Shown here: piece after piece, positions 46,152 through 58,217 of the stretch | Layout of the letters: each line of letters opens with the position of its first letter | Position numbering within the stretch: the stretch's first letter is position 1 | From: Blastocatellia bacterium | Lineage (GTDB): Bacteria > Acidobacteriota > Blastocatellia > Chloracidobacteriales > JADJPF01 | Assembly (NCBI GenBank): GCA_025057015.1 | Contig: JANWYG010000022.1 | Location: forward strand, 26,864 to 90,863 | Length of the DNA: 64,000 nucleotides | Direction of reading: 5' to 3' | Notes under the pieces: generated by a model | What the model saw: only the letters and a program-made list of their open reading frames with translations | Databases searched by the model: none | Told to the model about the DNA's origin: nothing | Translations under genes and position numbers: made by a program

Positions 46152-48755
46152 ATGAAGCTTTGGAAGATGCTCATACTGTTACTAGCATTGCCGGGAGGAC
46201 TTATGGCTGAGGAGTGGTTTGTTGCAGCAAGTAGCAAGTTAGAGAGCTTGCTAGTAGAGAAATATGGCGAAGCTGAGCGTGCCCGCATAAAGCGTGGCCT
46301 TGCGCAAGTGTCTGCCTATTGGAGACCAGAAGATGGTGACCGGGCAGAGTTTGAGCGGTTTGTTATGGCGAATTTTTTTCCTAAAGGGCAGAAATTGGAC
46401 GCGGCTTTCGAGCGTTTCCAACGTAATATGGAGATGCTCGACGGTCACATGCAGGAGATAAGGCGCGAGTTGCGCTCGCAAGCCGACCTTGACTTGGGTG
46501 AGATGCTGCCGTTTGATGAAATCTTCGCAGCTTATGAACCGGCGGCTTACGTGCAGGAAGATTTCTTCAAGAACAAGCTGGCGTTTATCGTGTTGCTTAA
46601 CTTTCCGCTAGCCGAGCTAGAGGAAAAAAACAAAGCAGCCGGCAAATGGACAAGGAGAGAATGGGCGGAAGTGAGGCTTGCAGAGCGTTTTTCTAGGCGG
46701 GTACCTGCTGAGGTATTGCAGGCCATAGCTAATGCCAGGTCTGCTGCTGAGCGCTACATAGCTGGCTATAACATCTGGGCGCATCATCTGGTAGATGAGG
46801 ATGGCGATCGGCCTTTCCCACCAGGTTTGAGACTACTTTCACACTGGAATCTGAGAGATCAGATAAAAGCTGACTACAGCAACAGTAGCGGCCTTAAAAG
46901 GCAACGAATGATACAGAAGGTGATGCAGAGAATAGTCACGCAGACCATCCCGCAGGTAGTAATAGACAACCCACAGGTAGATTGGAACCCATATACTAAT
47001 GAGGTATGGCTGTCGAAAGTAAAGGACTACGAGGTAGCCCTAGGCCAGCTTGGTAAGGTAGAGGCTACTCCTGAGCCGGACACTCGGTATCAGATGTGGC
47101 TCGGTAACTTCAAGGCTGAACGTCAATTAGACAAGTACTCTCCTAATGCTCCTACCTTGATAATTCGTCGCTTTGACGTAGAAAGGGAAATGAGCGAAGA
47201 GCGCGTAAAGGCGATGCTCGAACAGATAGTATCTTCCAAGCTTGTTCCGAAAGTAGCAGCGTTGATACAGAAACGGCTTGGTAGACCTCTTGAACCGTTC
47301 GATATTTGGTACAGCGGTTTTTTGCCGCGCAGCCGATACTCAGAAGAACAGCTCGATGCGATCTGCCAGAAGCGTTATCCTAACGCAGAGGCCTATGCTC
47401 AGGACATGCCTAGGTTGCTACAGTTGCTTGGCTTTGAAGCGGATAAAGCAGCTTACTTAGCTAGCAAGATAGTCGTAGAGCCGGCCAGAGGCTCAGGGCA
47501 CGCGCAGGGTGCAGCTATGCGTCAAGGTAAGGCTCATCTGCGCACTCGGATAGAAAAAAGTGGTATGAACTATAAAGGCTACAATATAGCTGTACATGAA
47601 ATGGGGCATAACGTAGAGCAAGTCTTCTCTGTGAGTGACATTGACTACACGTTGCTGCAAGGCGTGCCTAACACTGCTTTTACCGAAGCCTTAGCGTTTG
47701 TCTTTCAGAACAGAGATTTAGAGCTGCTTGGCCTGGAGACCATACGGGACCAAGAGACGGAGGCGCTCAAAATACTCAACGACTTTTGGGCTACTTACGA
47801 GATAGCCGGTGTAGCTTTAGTAGATATGGTAGCGTGGCACTGGCTCTATAAAAATCCAAATGCCACAGCTACTGAGTTCAAAAATGCCGTCGTTGCCATC
47901 GCTCAGGATATCTGGAACAAGTATTATGCTCCGGTGCTTGGTGGCAGAGACGAGGTGCTACTTGCCATATATTCGCATATGATCAACGAAACTCTTTACT
48001 TACCAGACTATCCCATAGGTCATCTGATAGCTTTTCAGATAGAAGAGCATATGCGGCGTGCTGGCAAAGTGGGCAAAGAGTTTGAAAGGATAGTGCTTTT
48101 CGGTAGAGTCACTCCGGACTATTGGATGCAGAATGCTACTGGTGCTCCGGTGAGTGTCGAGCCACTGCTGAAAGCTACCGAACAGTCGCTAGAATATTTT
48201 GCTAGGGAGAAAACTATGCAGGAAGTAGCAACGCTTGGTGGTGGATGCTTTTGGTGCTTGGAAGCTGTGTTTGATCAGCTTAAAGGAGTGTTTAGCGTGG
48301 AATCTGGTTACTGCGGTGGCAGTGTCAAGAATCCGACTTATGAGCAAGTTTGTAGCGGTACTACTGGTCATGCTGAGGTGGTGCAAATAAAATTCGATCC
48401 GCAAGAAATATCCTTTCACCAAATACTACAGGTTTTCTTTAGCATACACGATCCAACCCAGCTTAATCGGCAGGGTGCAGACATAGGTACACAGTACCGG
48501 TCTGTGATCTTTTATCATAGTGAACAGCAGAGGCAAACTGCCAAGCAGGTTATGGAAGAGCTGTCTGCTGCAGGAACGTGGGGCGGGAAAATAGTTACAC
48601 AACTGGTTCCTGCAGATACCTTTTATAAGGCTGAGGAATATCATCAGAAATACTTTTCCAGAAACCCTAACCAGGGCTATTGTATGTTTGTCATTTCTCC
48701 CAAGATAAAGAAGTTTAAACAAGAGTTTAGAAACTTGTTGAAACTGACAGACTAA
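46152..48755 (+). CDS. Exported gluzincin (M3-like) metallopeptidase fused in frame to MsrA
   Basis: Signal peptide; HEMGH plus downstream FTEALA; C-terminal GGCFWC MsrA domain. Confidence 0.85.
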   Translation: MKLWKMLILLLALPGGLMAEEWFVAASSKLESLLVEKYGEAERARIKRGLAQVSAYWRPEDGDRAEFERFVMANFFPKGQKLDAAFERFQRNMEMLDGHMQEIRRELRSQADLDLGEMLPFDEIFAAYEPAAYVQEDFFKNKLAFIVLLNFPLAELEEKNKAAGKWTRREWAEVRLAERFSRRVPAEVLQAIANARSAAERYIAGYNIWAHHLVDEDGDRPFPPGLRLLSHWNLRDQIKADYSNSSGLKRQRMIQKVMQRIVTQTIPQVVIDNPQVDWNPYTNEVWLSKVKDYEVALGQLGKVEATPEPDTRYQMWLGNFKAERQLDKYSPNAPTLIIRRFDVEREMSEERVKAMLEQIVSSKLVPKVAALIQKRLGRPLEPFDIWYSGFLPRSRYSEEQLDAICQKRYPNAEAYAQDMPRLLQLLGFEADKAAYLASKIVVEPARGSGHAQGAAMRQGKAHLRTRIEKSGMNYKGYNIAVHEMGHNVEQVFSVSDIDYTLLQGVPNTAFTEALAFVFQNRDLELLGLETIRDQETEALKILNDFWATYEIAGVALVDMVAWHWLYKNPNATATEFKNAVVAIAQDIWNKYYAPVLGGRDEVLLAIYSHMINETLYLPDYPIGHLIAFQIEEHMRRAGKVGKEFERIVLFGRVTPDYWMQNATGAPVSVEPLLKATEQSLEYFAREKTMQEVATLGGGCFWCLEAVFDQLKGVFSVESGYCGGSVKNPTYEQVCSGTTGHAEVVQIKFDPQEISFHQILQVFFSIHDPTQLNRQGADIGTQYRSVIFYHSEQQRQTAKQVMEELSAAGTWGGKIVTQLVPADTFYKAEEYHQKYFSRNPNQGYCMFVISPKIKKFKQEFRNLLKLTD
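48216..48755 (+). CDS. msrA: Peptide methionine sulfoxide reductase A (internal in-frame start)
   Basis: AGGGAG-aaaact-ATG; GGGCFWC, PTYEQVC, GHAEVV, GTQYRS, AEEYHQ, GYC. Confidence 0.85.
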   Translation: MQEVATLGGGCFWCLEAVFDQLKGVFSVESGYCGGSVKNPTYEQVCSGTTGHAEVVQIKFDPQEISFHQILQVFFSIHDPTQLNRQGADIGTQYRSVIFYHSEQQRQTAKQVMEELSAAGTWGGKIVTQLVPADTFYKAEEYHQKYFSRNPNQGYCMFVISPKIKKFKQEFRNLLKLTD

Positions 48756-48888
48756 TGTTGCCAATATTCCTATTCGGAACATGTCCTCATCTTGAAGCGC
48801 CTGCAGGATAGGGCAGTTGCGGCGAAACAGCGCGTTAGACTTGCTGCTGTGATTGGGGCTTGGGATAGCCAGAGGGTTTGGGCAAGTG

Positions 48889-50439
48889 ATGACACAAAAA
48901 GTTTTAGAATGGTTTGCTACTACTGGGCAGTTAGGCTTGGTAGGTTTGGACCTTTGGCAAGAAGGCCCGAGCAGGTTTTTGCAGTTTTGGGAACCTTGGG
49001 CCGCTCTGTCTACGCTGGCCTTAGCTTTTTTAGCCTATCGATGGCGTATGCAGATGATGGCTGTAAAGCAGCAATCCAGTTTGCAGCAACTGCAGCGACT
49101 GCACGATCAGCGTATAGAGAATCTCAAGTCCCTACTTGAAAGTGTTAGGATAATTAACTCACGTTTGAGCTTTGACGATCTTCTGCTCAAGATAGCTGCT
49201 GAAGGTGCGCGCCTTGTAGAGGCAGAGCCTGGCAGTATAGGCATAGTTGAGGGTGAATACCTTGTGTTTAAGGCGCTTTGGTACAGAGGGATGCTGCAAG
49301 AAAAGAGCTTAGTCTTTCCTCTCGGTAAGGGTATAGCAGGTAAGGTTGCCCAAACTGGTAAGCCTTATATAGTTAATAATCCTGATGACGAACCTAGTTT
49401 ACTTTTCCCAGAAGATGTGAAGTTATATGCGCCCCATGGGTTCATGGATATACCTATAGTAGATCGAAATGGGAAAGTAGTAGGCGTACTAGATGTGCGC
49501 AGACCGGGCGGTAGGCTTCCTTTCGATGAGACTGATGTTCAGATACTTGAGCTTTTCGCTCACCAAGCTGCCGTAGCTATAGAGAACGGCTTGCTTTATA
49601 GCAAGCTAGAGCAGAGCAAGCGGGAGCTTGAAGAAAAGAATAAGCTAGTAGAGAAATCGCTGCGCGAGATAGAGTCGCTTTATAAGAACGAGCAGAAAGT
49701 TAACCGTATGCTGCAAGAGCTTAATCAGATGAAGACGAACTTTATGATAGTTACCTCGCATGAGCTGCGCACGCCGTTGAGTGTGCTAAAGAGCCATCTG
49801 GAGTTTCTTTCAGAGGGTTTGACGTTGTTCGCAGAATCGCAAAGAGAGGCCATAGAAGGTTGTATAAGCGCAGTAGAACGGCTTGTGGAGAATGTTGAAA
49901 ATATACAAACAATGTTAGAAATAAGTGGAGGTAAAATCGAACTAGATAAATCAACTATAGATCTTTGTCAAATGATAAGAGATATAGTGATTGAAGTAGA
50001 GCCGTTTGCAAAGCAGAGAAAGCAAAAGCTAGTTGTAGATGTTCCGGGTAAGCTTGTCGTGAATGTGGATTCAACTAAGCTGCATAGTGCGCTAGTTAAT
50101 ATCTTACAGAATGCTATAAAGTTCTCTTATGATAAAGGTTCTATTTACATCTCTCTTACTGTCAAAGATGCTGAAGCGATAGTAGCTGTTAGGGACGAGG
50201 GAATAGGCATAGAGAACGGAGAGCTGGAGAAAATTTTCGAGAAATTCTACACCTGCCGCGATCCATCGAAGCATACTTCCGGTAAGTTTAAGTTTTCTGC
50301 CCGCGGATCTGGCTTAGGTCTAAGCATCGCTCGCAGCTATGTGGAAGCACACCAAGGAAAGGTGTATGCGGTATCTGAAGGCATGGGACGAGGAAGTACT
50401 TTCTACATCCATCTACCGCTGGGTAGTATGGACAATTGA
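48889..50439 (+). CDS. Membrane GAF-domain sensor histidine kinase
   Basis: TM helix, GAF (GKGIAGKVA..G, AHQAAVAIEN), SHELRTPL, NAIKF, DEGIGI, GSGLGL. Confidence 0.92.
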   Translation: MTQKVLEWFATTGQLGLVGLDLWQEGPSRFLQFWEPWAALSTLALAFLAYRWRMQMMAVKQQSSLQQLQRLHDQRIENLKSLLESVRIINSRLSFDDLLLKIAAEGARLVEAEPGSIGIVEGEYLVFKALWYRGMLQEKSLVFPLGKGIAGKVAQTGKPYIVNNPDDEPSLLFPEDVKLYAPHGFMDIPIVDRNGKVVGVLDVRRPGGRLPFDETDVQILELFAHQAAVAIENGLLYSKLEQSKRELEEKNKLVEKSLREIESLYKNEQKVNRMLQELNQMKTNFMIVTSHELRTPLSVLKSHLEFLSEGLTLFAESQREAIEGCISAVERLVENVENIQTMLEISGGKIELDKSTIDLCQMIRDIVIEVEPFAKQRKQKLVVDVPGKLVVNVDSTKLHSALVNILQNAIKFSYDKGSIYISLTVKDAEAIVAVRDEGIGIENGELEKIFEKFYTCRDPSKHTSGKFKFSARGSGLGLSIARSYVEAHQGKVYAVSEGMGRGSTFYIHLPLGSMDN

Positions 50440-50441
50440 CT

Positions 50442-50463
50442 GGCCTTCTGAGAAGGGTTTTTT
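50442..50463 (+). terminator. Probable weak intrinsic terminator
   Basis: CCTTC-tga-GAAGG followed by GTTTTTT just after the kinase stop codon. Confidence 0.45.
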
Positions 50464-50493
50464 CTGGTTTGTCTTCAATCTATACTAACCAAT

Positions 50494-51837
50494 ATGTACA
50501 GCGAGCAGTTCGAGACGATATATCCCATAGCCAGCCTTAAACGCAGTAAGCCTGGTGTCGAGATTACAGCTGTTGACACTGGCGGGCTCGGCGAGGATTT
50601 GGGGTTAGAAGTAGGTGACCGAATTCTCAGAATCAACGGGCGTAAGCTGCGCGATTATCTTGACTTCCAATTCTATGCTGGTTCAGAGGAGAGACTGACC
50701 CTCGAGGTGGCGAAAAGAAATGGTGAGCTCTGGCAGTTGGAGGTAGAAGTAGGAGAGGCAGAGATCTGGGGACTGGATTTCGAGACTTTTACGCCGCGCC
50801 AATGCGTCAACAAGTGCATCTTCTGCTTCTGTGAGCAAAATCCACCTGATGCACGGCCGTCTCTGTTTTTCAAGGATGAAGATATAAGGCTGTCTTTTTT
50901 GCATGGTAACTATACAACTCTGACCAGCATAAGCCGCGAGGAGCTCAATCGCATAATAGAGCAGCGGCTCTCGCCGCAGTATGTCTCCGTGCATGCTACC
51001 GACCTTGAGATGCGTAAGTTCTTGCTAGGCCGTGACCGCATAGATGATGTGCTGGATAAGATGCGCTTTTTAATAGATCATGGCATAGAACTGCACGCTC
51101 AAGTGGTGCTTTGCCCCAAGATAAATGATGGGGTGCATCTGGAAAAGACCGTACATGACTTGGCAAAGCTCTATCCTGGAGTCAAGTCTACCGCGATAGT
51201 CCCGCTGGGAATAACCAAGTTTCATCGCAATCGACATATACTTACTGCACCAACAGATGAATGGTGCGCTGAGGTTATTGATCAAGTGACGCCTTGGCAG
51301 CGCAGGTTTCGTCGTGAGTTAGGGACTAGGTTTGCTTATCTTGGAGATGAGTTTTATCTAAGGGCAGGCAGGCCTATACCGGGCAAGGCACATTACGAGC
51401 AGTCTCCGCAGATAGAAGATGGTGTAGGGATGGTTCGCAGATTCTTGTTGGACTTCGAGAGAATGAAAAAGAGCCGCAAGCTGAGGCCAGTAACGCGGAG
51501 ATTGCACGGTACAGTAGCAACAGGCACTCTCTTCTATCCTATACTCAAACCGTTGATAGAAGAGTTCAATGCTCGGTATGGTACACAGCTTAAACTGATC
51601 AGGGTTGTGAACCGCTATTTTGGTGAAGAGATTTCCGTAGCAGGGTTGCTTTCAGGGCGCGACTTCATACAGGCAAGAGCTGACATAGAAGGCGATTTCC
51701 TGATAGTACCGCCCGAGACGGTAACCAGTGAAAAGGAGTGGTTTTTGGACAGCATGACTCTCGAGCAGCTGCGTGTGGAGCTACGTCGCCCGGTCTATAA
51801 AGAAGGTTGGAAGTCTATTATATCGCTTATGCAATGA
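50494..51837 (+). CDS. PDZ + radical SAM (DUF512) protein
   Basis: GLEVGDRILRING PDZ; CVNKCIFC; KDEDIRLSFLHGNY; QIEDGVG; VAGLL. Confidence 0.9.
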   Translation: MYSEQFETIYPIASLKRSKPGVEITAVDTGGLGEDLGLEVGDRILRINGRKLRDYLDFQFYAGSEERLTLEVAKRNGELWQLEVEVGEAEIWGLDFETFTPRQCVNKCIFCFCEQNPPDARPSLFFKDEDIRLSFLHGNYTTLTSISREELNRIIEQRLSPQYVSVHATDLEMRKFLLGRDRIDDVLDKMRFLIDHGIELHAQVVLCPKINDGVHLEKTVHDLAKLYPGVKSTAIVPLGITKFHRNRHILTAPTDEWCAEVIDQVTPWQRRFRRELGTRFAYLGDEFYLRAGRPIPGKAHYEQSPQIEDGVGMVRRFLLDFERMKKSRKLRPVTRRLHGTVATGTLFYPILKPLIEEFNARYGTQLKLIRVVNRYFGEEISVAGLLSGRDFIQARADIEGDFLIVPPETVTSEKEWFLDSMTLEQLRVELRRPVYKEGWKSIISLMQ

Positions 51838-51896
51838 TGATCGCTCTACGCCTTATTTAGGAACAGGATTCAAGATCGAAACTCGGCTCACATACG

Positions 51897-54035
51897 ATGA
51901 CGATCACTTTGTCTACGCCAGTCGAAGAGCTACACCGTGAACTGCCGCGCGTAGGGGTTAAAACGGCAAAAGTACTGGCAAATGCCGTGGCTAGCTACTG
52001 CGGTGTATATGAAGGTTCACCTAAAGTGGAGGACCTCCTGAGCTATTTGCCTATCAGATATGAGGATAGATCAAACTTAGCTCGGGTTAGAGACCTCGGA
52101 AATGGCATGGAAGCTAGCGTGGTGTTGGAGGTACGTGTTGTCGGAAGTTACAAAGTAGGTCGCAATGGAAAGCATAAGATATTCGAGCTTTTGGGTGTAG
52201 ACGCTACAGGTCATGTGCGGGCTTACTGGTGGAATCAAGAGTTCCTTGAACGGGTATTAAAGCGTGGCCAGCGAGTCATACTCTATGGTCGATGGAAATA
52301 TGACTATTACAGAAAAAGTCTGGCAGTTGAAAATCCCGAATACGAACTAGTTGAAGACGACTTTGAAGCTGGCGAGATACACACTGGCAGGCGGGTACCT
52401 ATATATCGTAAGCTCGGTGAGATACGTACTAAGCAGATGCGTTCTTTGATGCACCGGCTGCTGCAACAGCTTGACCTGTCAGATATGCAAGAGCTTCTGC
52501 CGCCAGAGCTATGCGAACGCTACGGCTTACCTGCTAAGTCTCAGGCCATAAGGTATGTACATTTCCCACAGGATGACGTGCCGATAGAGTTGTATAATGC
52601 TTTCAAATCTCCGGCGCATAAGAGGCTTGTCTTTGAAGAATTCTTTTTACTGCTTCTTGCTTTGGCGCTGAGGCGCGCTGACCGTAAACGTAACCCGAAG
52701 AGTGCAGTCATAAAAGTAGACGATCGCATACGCGACATTATCCGTTTAATCCTCCCGTTCAGGCTTACTGAAGCACAAAAACGCGTGGTTGAAGAAATAG
52801 TGGCTGACATGTCTTCACCGTATCCGATGAATCGATTATTACAGGGGGACGTAGGATCTGGAAAGACTATAGTAGCAGCGCAGGCTATAGCTGTTGCTGT
52901 AGAGAACGGCTACCAGGCAGCGCTTATGGTTCCTACGGAAATATTGGCCGAGCAGCATGCGCATAACCTGAGTCGGCTTTATGAGAAAGTCGGTTACAGG
53001 GTAGGACTGCTTACTGGAAGTCTTAAGTCTCGTGAAAAGAGGCTGCTACAGCAAGCAATACGCAACGGCGAGGTTAGTCTCACCATTGGTACACATGCCT
53101 TGATACAAGAGGGTGTTGAGTTTAAAAACCTAGCTCTTGTCGTCATAGATGAGCAGCATCGTTTTGGTGTCTTGCAGCGAGCAGAGTTGATTAAGCGGGG
53201 ATATAATCCCGATGTTTTAGTGATGACGGCAACTCCGATACCTCGCAGTCTAGCGATGACTGTTTATGGAGATCTGGACTTATCCGTTATAGATCAACTG
53301 CCGCCGGGGCGAACGCCTGTATACACATGCGTCAGAACTGAAGCTGCTCGCGACCGGATCTACAGCTTTATTCTCTCTGAACTTCGTCAGGGTCGGCAGT
53401 GCTATATAGTTTACCCGCTAGTCGAAGAGTCTGAGAAGGTCGACTTGTTAGCTGCTACTCGTATGGCCGAGCAACTGCAGAAAGGTGTGTTTAGAGAGTT
53501 TGTCGTAGGCCTGCTGCACGGGAAGATGAAGCAGAGCGAAAAAGAAGAAGTGATGCAGCGTTTTGTGGCAAATCAGATAAACGTGCTAGTCTCGACTACA
53601 GTGATAGAAGTGGGTATAGATGTGCCAAACGCATCGGTCATGCTGATAGAGCACGCCGAACGTTTCGGTTTGTCGCAGCTGCACCAGCTGCGGGGACGTG
53701 TAGGTCGAGGCGCGGCCAAATCTTACTGCATCTTGATGGCTTCTGAACCCAAGTCAGAGGAAGCAACGGAACGCCTTGCGATTATGGAGAAAACGACCGA
53801 TGGGTTTGAAATAGCAGAAAAGGATCTGGAGCTGCGAGGACCTGGCGAGCTAATGGGTACTCGCCAGTCTGGCGAGCAACTATTTCGTGTAGCTAATCCT
53901 ATACGTGATCGTGAGCTGCTAGACTTAGCGCGTAAGGAGGTAGATCTTTTGCTCAAGATAAAAGGGGCTAGCCTGTTTTCACTGTCTAAATATTTGCAGA
54001 CCCAGCCTCGGTATAGACTTTCACAAGTAGGCTGA
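51897..54035 (+). CDS. recG: ATP-dependent DNA helicase RecG
   Basis: RLLQGDVGSGKT, DEQHRFGV, TATPIPR, QLHQLRGRVGRG, DLELRGPG. Confidence 0.97.
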   Translation: MTITLSTPVEELHRELPRVGVKTAKVLANAVASYCGVYEGSPKVEDLLSYLPIRYEDRSNLARVRDLGNGMEASVVLEVRVVGSYKVGRNGKHKIFELLGVDATGHVRAYWWNQEFLERVLKRGQRVILYGRWKYDYYRKSLAVENPEYELVEDDFEAGEIHTGRRVPIYRKLGEIRTKQMRSLMHRLLQQLDLSDMQELLPPELCERYGLPAKSQAIRYVHFPQDDVPIELYNAFKSPAHKRLVFEEFFLLLLALALRRADRKRNPKSAVIKVDDRIRDIIRLILPFRLTEAQKRVVEEIVADMSSPYPMNRLLQGDVGSGKTIVAAQAIAVAVENGYQAALMVPTEILAEQHAHNLSRLYEKVGYRVGLLTGSLKSREKRLLQQAIRNGEVSLTIGTHALIQEGVEFKNLALVVIDEQHRFGVLQRAELIKRGYNPDVLVMTATPIPRSLAMTVYGDLDLSVIDQLPPGRTPVYTCVRTEAARDRIYSFILSELRQGRQCYIVYPLVEESEKVDLLAATRMAEQLQKGVFREFVVGLLHGKMKQSEKEEVMQRFVANQINVLVSTTVIEVGIDVPNASVMLIEHAERFGLSQLHQLRGRVGRGAAKSYCILMASEPKSEEATERLAIMEKTTDGFEIAEKDLELRGPGELMGTRQSGEQLFRVANPIRDRELLDLARKEVDLLLKIKGASLFSLSKYLQTQPRYRLSQVG

Positions 54036-54098
54036 ACTTCCTTGCCTGGTGCAACAAGATGTGATACTTAAGTGTGTCGCTCGGGCTAAACGGCCTGA

Positions 54099-55127
<1,029 letters not shown>

Positions 55128-55155
55128 TAACCTTAACGAGGCAGGATAACTGATT

Positions 55156-56340
55156 ATGAACAAACTGAGCATAAGCGATCTAGATCTTAAGAGCAAGCGG
55201 GTTTTTATCCGTGTGGATTTCAACGTACCGCTAGAAGGTGGTGCTGTGTCGGATGACACTCGCGTCAAGGCGTCGTTACCGACGATCAGGTATGCAGTAG
55301 AACAGGGTGCGCGAGTCATCTTAGCTTCGCATCTCGGTAGACCGAAAGGCGCTGTAAATCCTAAGTACTCGCTTCGTCCTGTGGCGGCGTGTCTCTCTGG
55401 ACTGATGGACAAGCCGGTAGCTTTTGCTGAGGATTGCATAGGGGAGCAGGCTGAGGCTGCTGTAGCTGCCCTTTCCGATGGTGATGTGCTACTACTTGAA
55501 AATTTGCGCTTTCATGCCGAGGAAGAGAAGAACGGAGAAAATTTCTCCCGTGCTTTGGCGAAGCTGTGCGACGTCTACGTCAATGATGCTTTCGGCACAG
55601 CTCATCGCGCGCACGCTTCCACGGTCGGGATAACTAGGTTCGTCGAAAAAGCTGCTGCAGGCTTTCTTATGCAAAAGGAGCTTGAGTATCTAGGTAGAGC
55701 TCTTTACAACCCTGACCATCCATTTGTGGTTATCCTTGGCGGGGCCAAGGTCTCGGATAAGATAGGCGTTATAGAAAACCTGCTCAAGAGTGCAGATGTA
55801 CTGCTGATAGGTGGTGCTATGGCCTATACTTTCCTCAAAGCCCAAGGAGTCACTGTAGGAGCGTCGCTTGTAGAGGATGATAAGCTCGAGTTGGCAAGGC
55901 AGCTGATGGAGAAGGCTAAGGCGCGTAAAGTGACTCTAGAGTTGCCATCGGACCATGTAGTTGCTACCGATATGCAGTCTGGTTTGGGTAAGCGCATAGT
56001 GCCTGTAGCTGAAACCTTACCCCAAGAAGCTGGTTTTGACATAGGCCCGCAAACCATCGAGCGCTATAGAGCGCATATAGCTGAGGCGAAGACTATAGTA
56101 TGGAACGGACCTATGGGTATGTTTGAGAACGAACATTATGCTGAAGGTACGCGCAGAATAGCCGAAGCTGTAGCTACATCCAGCGCAGTTTCCATCATAG
56201 GTGGAGGAGATTCTGTAGCAGCTATCAATCAAGCTGGGTTGGCAGACAAAGTTTCCCATGTCTCGACTGGTGGCGGCGCTAGTCTGGAGTTTCTGTCTGG
56301 TATAGAACTTCCTGGCGTTAAGGCTTTGACCGATAAATAA
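55156..56340 (+). CDS. pgk: Phosphoglycerate kinase
   Basis: [36 protein letters not shown]. Confidence 0.98.
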   Translation: MNKLSISDLDLKSKRVFIRVDFNVPLEGGAVSDDTRVKASLPTIRYAVEQGARVILASHLGRPKGAVNPKYSLRPVAACLSGLMDKPVAFAEDCIGEQAEAAVAALSDGDVLLLENLRFHAEEEKNGENFSRALAKLCDVYVNDAFGTAHRAHASTVGITRFVEKAAAGFLMQKELEYLGRALYNPDHPFVVILGGAKVSDKIGVIENLLKSADVLLIGGAMAYTFLKAQGVTVGASLVEDDKLELARQLMEKAKARKVTLELPSDHVVATDMQSGLGKRIVPVAETLPQEAGFDIGPQTIERYRAHIAEAKTIVWNGPMGMFENEHYAEGTRRIAEAVATSSAVSIIGGGDSVAAINQAGLADKVSHVSTGGGASLEFLSGIELPGVKALTDK

Positions 56341-56342
56341 CT

Positions 56343-57110
56343 ATGCGGCGACCTGTAGTAGCTGGTAATTGGAAAATGCACAAGCTGTTGGCCGAGGCCG
56401 TTCGGCTGGTTTTGGATCTGAAGCCTCGTGTCGTTAACTCTCATCATTGTGAGATAGTTGTGGCTCCTCCTTTTACAGCGCTCAAGACGATCTGCGACCG
56501 GCTCAATGGTTCAAACATCAAGGTTGCGGCTCAAGACTGCTCTGACCAACCTGGCGAAGGAGCTTTTACAGGTGAAGTCTCAGCCGAAATGCTCAAAGAT
56601 ATAGGCTGTAGCTATGTGATCGTGGCACACTCGGAACGAAGGCAGTTCTACGGAGAGACAAACGCTTCTGCGAACAAGAAGCTGCGTGCCGCGCTTGGTG
56701 CGAGCTTGATACCTATCTATTGTGTCGGTGAAGATCTTGCTCAACGTGATGCTGGGCTTGTAGAGCAGATCGTAGAGCAGCAGGTCCTTGAAGGACTGTC
56801 TGGCTTGACATCTGAGCAAGTTTCACATATCGTAATAGCTTACGAACCTGTCTGGGCTATAGGTACAGGTCGTACTGCTACACCGGAAATAGCCTCGAGC
56901 GTGCATGGGCTTATCCGTAGTAGGCTAGCAAAATGCTGGGGCAGGGAAGTAGCTGAGCAAGTTCGAGTACTTTATGGTGGTAGCGTCAAGCCTGAGAATA
57001 TCCAAGCATTAATGGCAGCTCGTGATATAGACGGAGCGCTCGTAGGAGGAGCTAGCTTGGAAGCTGAGAGCTTTGCTCGGATAGTAAATTACATAGGGTA
57101 TGATAGATAA
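56343..57110 (+). CDS. tpiA: Triose-phosphate isomerase
   Basis: [33 protein letters not shown]. Confidence 0.98.
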   Translation: MRRPVVAGNWKMHKLLAEAVRLVLDLKPRVVNSHHCEIVVAPPFTALKTICDRLNGSNIKVAAQDCSDQPGEGAFTGEVSAEMLKDIGCSYVIVAHSERRQFYGETNASANKKLRAALGASLIPIYCVGEDLAQRDAGLVEQIVEQQVLEGLSGLTSEQVSHIVIAYEPVWAIGTGRTATPEIASSVHGLIRSRLAKCWGREVAEQVRVLYGGSVKPENIQALMAARDIDGALVGGASLEAESFARIVNYIGYDR

Positions 57111-57590
57111 ATGAGCTGGTACATCTACCCACTCTTTGGGATATATTTGATAACTTGTCTAGTGCTGATAGTAGTAGTACTTCTGCAACCTGGCAAAGGG
57201 GATGCTGCTTCAGCGCTCGGAGGAGGTATAGGTAGTGCAGCTTTCGGACCGCGGGGAGCTGCTACGACCCTTGCAAAAGTTACCATGGGTGCTGCGGCGA
57301 CCTTCATGTTACTAGCGTTCGTCTTCTCCATACCAGGCGTACTTAAGAGTGGGTCGGTAGCATATGAGATTGCCGATGAGAAGAAGGAAGAGAAGAAAGC
57401 CGAAGAGCAGCAGCCTCCAGCAGACACAAACGCTGGCTCAGAGTTGAAACAACAGGAGGCAAAGCAAGAAGCTGGTCAGCAGCAACAGCAATCCGGCGAG
57501 CAGAAGGAGACTCAGAAGACAGAGCAAACTCAGCAGAAAGCTGATGAAGCTCAGCAACAAAAAGATCTACAAAAGCCTGAAACGAAATAA
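57111..57590 (+). CDS. secG: Preprotein translocase subunit SecG with a long Gln/Glu/Lys-rich tail
   Basis: [17 protein letters not shown], two TM helices; tpiA-secG-tRNA-Leu synteny. Confidence 0.93.
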   Translation: MSWYIYPLFGIYLITCLVLIVVVLLQPGKGDAASALGGGIGSAAFGPRGAATTLAKVTMGAAATFMLLAFVFSIPGVLKSGSVAYEIADEKKEEKKAEEQQPPADTNAGSELKQQEAKQEAGQQQQQSGEQKETQKTEQTQQKADEAQQQKDLQKPETK

Positions 57591-57675
<85 letters not shown>

Positions 57676-58177
57676 TCCTAATCAGGCACGCCAGCCGCAG
57701 ATTCACCCGATCAAAGATGCTCTTCCGGCGTTTTCCTCCTAAACAGTTTCTTCCGAGTATAGCTCTCTGCAGCTATCTCCAAACGTAGCTCTGCTATTCG
57801 CCAGAGAAAGCCAGCGCACTTCCCCCTTTTACTACAGTTCCCCGGAGAGAAGAAGGCTGTGAGACTTGTTAGACAGCCAGGAGCAAAGGTACGACTCTCT
57901 GCCTAGAAATCGGCAGAGTCTCTGATGATGTCCTGCTGGGCGTGCAGTCGACAGACAGCACCCGCCCTACAGACGCTCTGTTGCTGAAGGTGGCTTTGCT
58001 GCTAGCAACGGGAAGTAATAGAGCTTCCAGACGGCGCAGTAAGAAGACAAGAGCTATGAGAAATCCTCGTCTCCCTTCTCCACTCCACTTGCGTGTCCCC
58101 CGCTCATGCCGTCCTGGCTAGGACACTGTAGCAGGCTCGTCATACATACACACGCGCCGGCGGGCGGAGGCTCTCCC

Positions 58178-58198
58178 GCTGCCCTAATTGAGGGCAGC
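58178..58198. other. GC-rich hairpin 20 bp downstream of the PpiD-like gene
   Basis: GCTGCCCT-aattg-AGGGCAGC; no U-tract. Confidence 0.45.
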
Positions 58199-58217
58199 TG
58201 TCTTCTCTCACACTGGA

